Source: Callorhinchus milii
Taxonomy: Eukaryota
Assembly (NCBI RefSeq): GCF_018977255.1
Contig: NW_024705358.1
Span: 1 to 51,837 of the forward strand
Reading direction: 5' to 3'
DNA: 51,837 nt
Below are positions 47,985 to 51,837 of this stretch, in pieces. A program made the translations under genes and the position numbers. Under the pieces are notes generated by a model. That model was given only the letters and a program-made list of their open reading frames with translations. It was not told the DNA's origin and ran no database searches. Within the stretch, counting starts at the first letter, position 1. Each line of letters opens with the position of its first letter.

Positions 47985-50900
47985 GTAAGGGCCACGACGG
48001 CGGAGGGGGGCGGGAGGGCACAGCCACTGTGGGTGTCGCGGGTAAGGGTGGCAGTGGATGCAGCTCAGCCGCTTGTCCTACAGCAGGAATGACCAACTCT
48101 ACCTCATTAAACATGTACAACAATAAACGAGCGTTTAAGGATAGAGCCATTTCTCAAAATATTAGCATCTTACACGAACAGCATATTGACTGCAGTTTTT
48201 CAATGATGTGTTGGTGTTAGTAGTGTCACTGATATGGCATGTTCGGCCTACGTTTGTCAACACGGGGAAGCTCCTTATTAACAGCGCAGTGCATCATTCG
48301 CTCAGTGGGCATACTTTGTGGACAAATATTTAATGATGTTCGTTACGTCGAGCATGCTCTGGGGTTTGTGCAGCTGCCGTTAGCGCTGCTTCTGTGGCAG
48401 CGGCTGCGAGTCGACGTTTATTTTAAATCAGCGTCAGAGCTAGAAATGGCTATATTTTTTGTCACCCCATGCTTGGGATAATTATTTTTTTAGCTGCAGC
48501 AATTTATTTGTATTCTTGCATAAATATGCGTCGGGTAATTGAATATGCTTTCCCACCTTAAAAACATTTTAAAATAGAGTGTAACCCTAGGGTAGGATGC
48601 ATGATAAAGTATTACTTTTAAAATCTGCACTTAATTCAAATACATTTTTCTAAATGAAAAAACAACTGCAGCTTCAAAATTGCTTAAGACTCAATGTCAA
48701 GTGTGGAGTCTAAATTTTGTGGACAATTTATAGTTTAATTTTTTTAATGATGCCTAAAATGCAAAGCCCATCCGGCTTGTGGATATATCTTGAAAATTTA
48801 CATTTACAAAACATTTCATTTCAACTAAGCATTTTTACCCCACCCACAAATATGTCCAAGCACCCATCCCTGATGTATGGACTGTATGTTGAATTTCTTT
48901 TGCACCGTATGTAGCCAACCGTGCCAATCGGACGTGAGGCGATGGCCGTACAGCTCCAGTAACCCTGCTGCGACGTAAAGTGGCTGGACACAAAAACAAA
49001 CTTCAGCAATATGCTAAAAGAATGGCGGAAAGTTACCATAACGTTCTCCTTTGACCGATTTCCAAGCTCAGCAAAAATAAAAAAACATTTAAAACCTTTT
49101 TTTTCCAAGCACTCAAAATTTTCTGAAGATTAGAGGCAGCGATCCTCCCCACATCCCGGCGCCGGTGCCAGTAATGCAATGTGCTGGAGAGTGACGCACA
49201 CCTCGCACGGCCAGGAGCTCGCGGCCATCCATCACGCCGGCTGTTTAGGTGTGCGAGAGGAGGGGGGGGGCACGATAACGCCACCGCCGCCACAGCCTCG
49301 GGGTTTGACAGGGAACAGAGCAGCCCCACAAAGGACACCTAACAGCCCTGCGTGCCGTGATTAATGGCGCTCATTCGGACCGATAGCCTCCACTCGCATC
49401 CCACGTGCCGCCCGTGCACCGCTAACCGAATCAGACCGGGTGATCGGGGATGACTCGGTGGCTGAGGCATTGTTCGGCAAATGGTGGAGAGATGGCGGGC
49501 GTCCGGACGCCAGGCGCGTCACCTTCCCGGCTTCGATAGCGGGAGGGCGGTTCCTCCGCACCGCCGTGAGGCCCCGCCGATCCATTTGCGGCACATGGAC
49601 CGCAAGCAGGGAAAAGTGGTTTAGCGTTGCCTGCACACCTTGCACCTTTTTACGGATTGAGAATATCGCTGCCCATGTGTGATTTATTGTACGGCGAAGA
49701 GGTTCGGCTTAAAAAGATGCCGGTCATGTATTGAGGAAATATTGTCTTGAAAAAGAGACTTAAACGGTTTCGTGGAGCGATAAGCTCAGTAGGGATTTTT
49801 CCTGCACCGGAGCCTCTCCTTGACTTGCACATGGATATAGCAAATGCTTTCAAAGCCATTCCCAGATTTCTGCACCCATCCATCATAATTGTAATGATAC
49901 GTTTGCAATGCACAAAATGTCTGGGGAGTGATAAATGATGGAAACGAACATTTCACATCCCTGCAGTGACTTGCTTGTTTTGTAAGCAAAATTCTTAAAA
50001 CTCAACAGCAAAAAAAATACAAATTCAACCACACGAAACAATGCTCCTCTACTCCCACTCCAAAGACCGGGTCAGTTTGCTTTCATCATTTTCTTTCATG
50101 TGTCTCATAAAAGGAAGCGTGCGCCAATGAGTTTATCTGAACACATTCTCGGCTAATCCAAACCTGCGCCCATTGCTCTTCAAGGAGATAATGCAGACAG
50201 CGCGGGCGGGTGGCCTCCCCTCTGTTCCTTTGCCATGCAGCTGAGTGGGTGCACGGACATGCCATAGAGCCCCTACCACCGTGCGCCACCCATTGCTTGG
50301 CTTGGACAAGCTGTCCGCGGTTTTAACGCCTCTGGTCCCTTCACTGGGAGGAGATTGCTCAATCATCAAAATTCCAACTTTACACTGTCCAGGAAAAAAA
50401 ACGATAACAAAATATCAAAGCAATAAAAGCGATATGTAGTGTAAATTTACAACTTTAATTGGATGCAATTGTGTTGTATTTTTCATACTTAAAGCTTGTT
50501 GAATCATATGGCAAATAAAAATCCGAAATTCATGAAACATAGATAATGATACATTTTCTTTGACTCAAAAAAAATCGCTCTCAGAAATCTGAGAGCAGAG
50601 TGACTTGTTAACTTGCATGTCCCTACCTCTGCCAACAGCCTTCTACTTTGAATAAAGCAGCCCTCAAAATGCCCATCTTCTTATAGGGCGATGTTTCAAA
50701 GCCCTGCGGCCCAGCCAGCGGCTGCCCCCACTCTGTGGCCTCAGGCCTTCCATGGAGTCGGATAATTCAGCCCCATCCCCCACCACTCCTCACACGGGTC
50801 CTCCAGCCCCACTCCCACCGACCATGGTAATTTGAGAAAAGAGTGACGCAGAGCTCTGATCCTTCCATCCCTCGTTCCTCATCTGCCCGTGACGAGATGC

Positions 50901-51837
50901 TATCTGAGGAGGGTTTTACACTCAACCCCGGTTTAGTGGGATCTCCACCAACCCTCCCCACCACAGCTCTCCCTGCCAATGTTGTGCTCTGCCACTCCCA
51001 AACTCCACTCCAACAGAAACGAAAACAAAAAGAATGTTTTTGAGTCTCTGTTTCTCGTTTGAGGGGCTCAGTGAGATACTTCCACAAAAAGAAATACTCT
51101 GAGGGGAAAATATCCTCACAAAACTATACAAAGAACCATCGTTTATTGTGGTAGAAAGGTCACCAATTGAAAATGGTATTTATTTAATAAGACGTTTGTG
51201 TTGGACAATGTTTACAACAGAATAATTTCCATATTGTCCTTCACTTATTTCTCTTGTTGATTCAGAAGGCTATCTTTTCTCTCTTTTTTTGCATTCCGGC
51301 ATATAAAATGTAACACAATACCCACACACACACACGCGCACACGTGCACGTGTGTTTCTCTCAGGAATGTAATTCTTTAACAGGCAAGGAGAAAAAAAAC
51401 AGTGCGAGGTTGTAGGTGCATGCTCATTTTAGTCCCACATGTTAATCATTTTTCTTGCCGCCACATGGCCCACATGAGTGTCTGCGTGTCTCACCGACAT
51501 CAACACCCGGCTTTGATAATTGCAACTCCATCAGCAAACGCTATTAAAACATCCATTTTTTACTGGCTGTACAAAGATGTATGGGTGTTTACCAAACACA
51601 CATTAGAAGCAAAATTCAAACTCTAATATTTTCTTGTGGAAAATCGGAAAGCGTTTACCGGCATCTTGTCACCCTGCAACTTTGCACGAGGTTGAAGACT
51701 GAGTATATTAATGGCTCACTCTTCAATTTTTTCAGGAGTCTGATTTATACGTGTGGGTATAAGCCATATTGATTAAGGAGCCAATGGGGTTGTGCTCACA
51801 TGCTTTTAGGGGAATGTTATTGATCACCCCGTGCCAA

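Noticed and set aside
48000..51837. Search for the next Gli exon (SALSSSPTY...RISPHR)
   Set aside because: No match was found; it presumably lies beyond the window.

Overview
The window has two very different halves. Bases 1 to about 23,430 look like random, featureless sequence: even base composition, no homopolymer longer than about 7 nt seen, no microsatellites, repeats or recognisable ORFs. They may be synthetic padding or shuffled sequence. From about 23,430 to the end it is GC-rich vertebrate genomic DNA, lamprey-like by inference. It lies inside a Gli2/3-type (GLI3-like) transcription factor gene on the + strand. Two exons are recognisable, at 31064-31389 and 47877-47984, matching human GLI3 exons 3 and 4. 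Each appears to lack one base in a C run. The introns carry three dispersed copies of a Penelope-like (PLE) terminal repeat with minimal hammerhead ribozymes. One copy is intact, sense to the Gli pre-mRNA, and sits in a 1 kb insertion bounded by a 13-bp direct repeat. The introns also hold a decayed, rearranged Ty3/Gypsy element (43151-47387, TSD TCTA), hAT-like MITEs, SINE fragments, a 303-bp tandem duplication, two perfect GLI consensus sites and several candidate conserved non-coding enhancers. All homology calls come from recall of known families, not from database searches.
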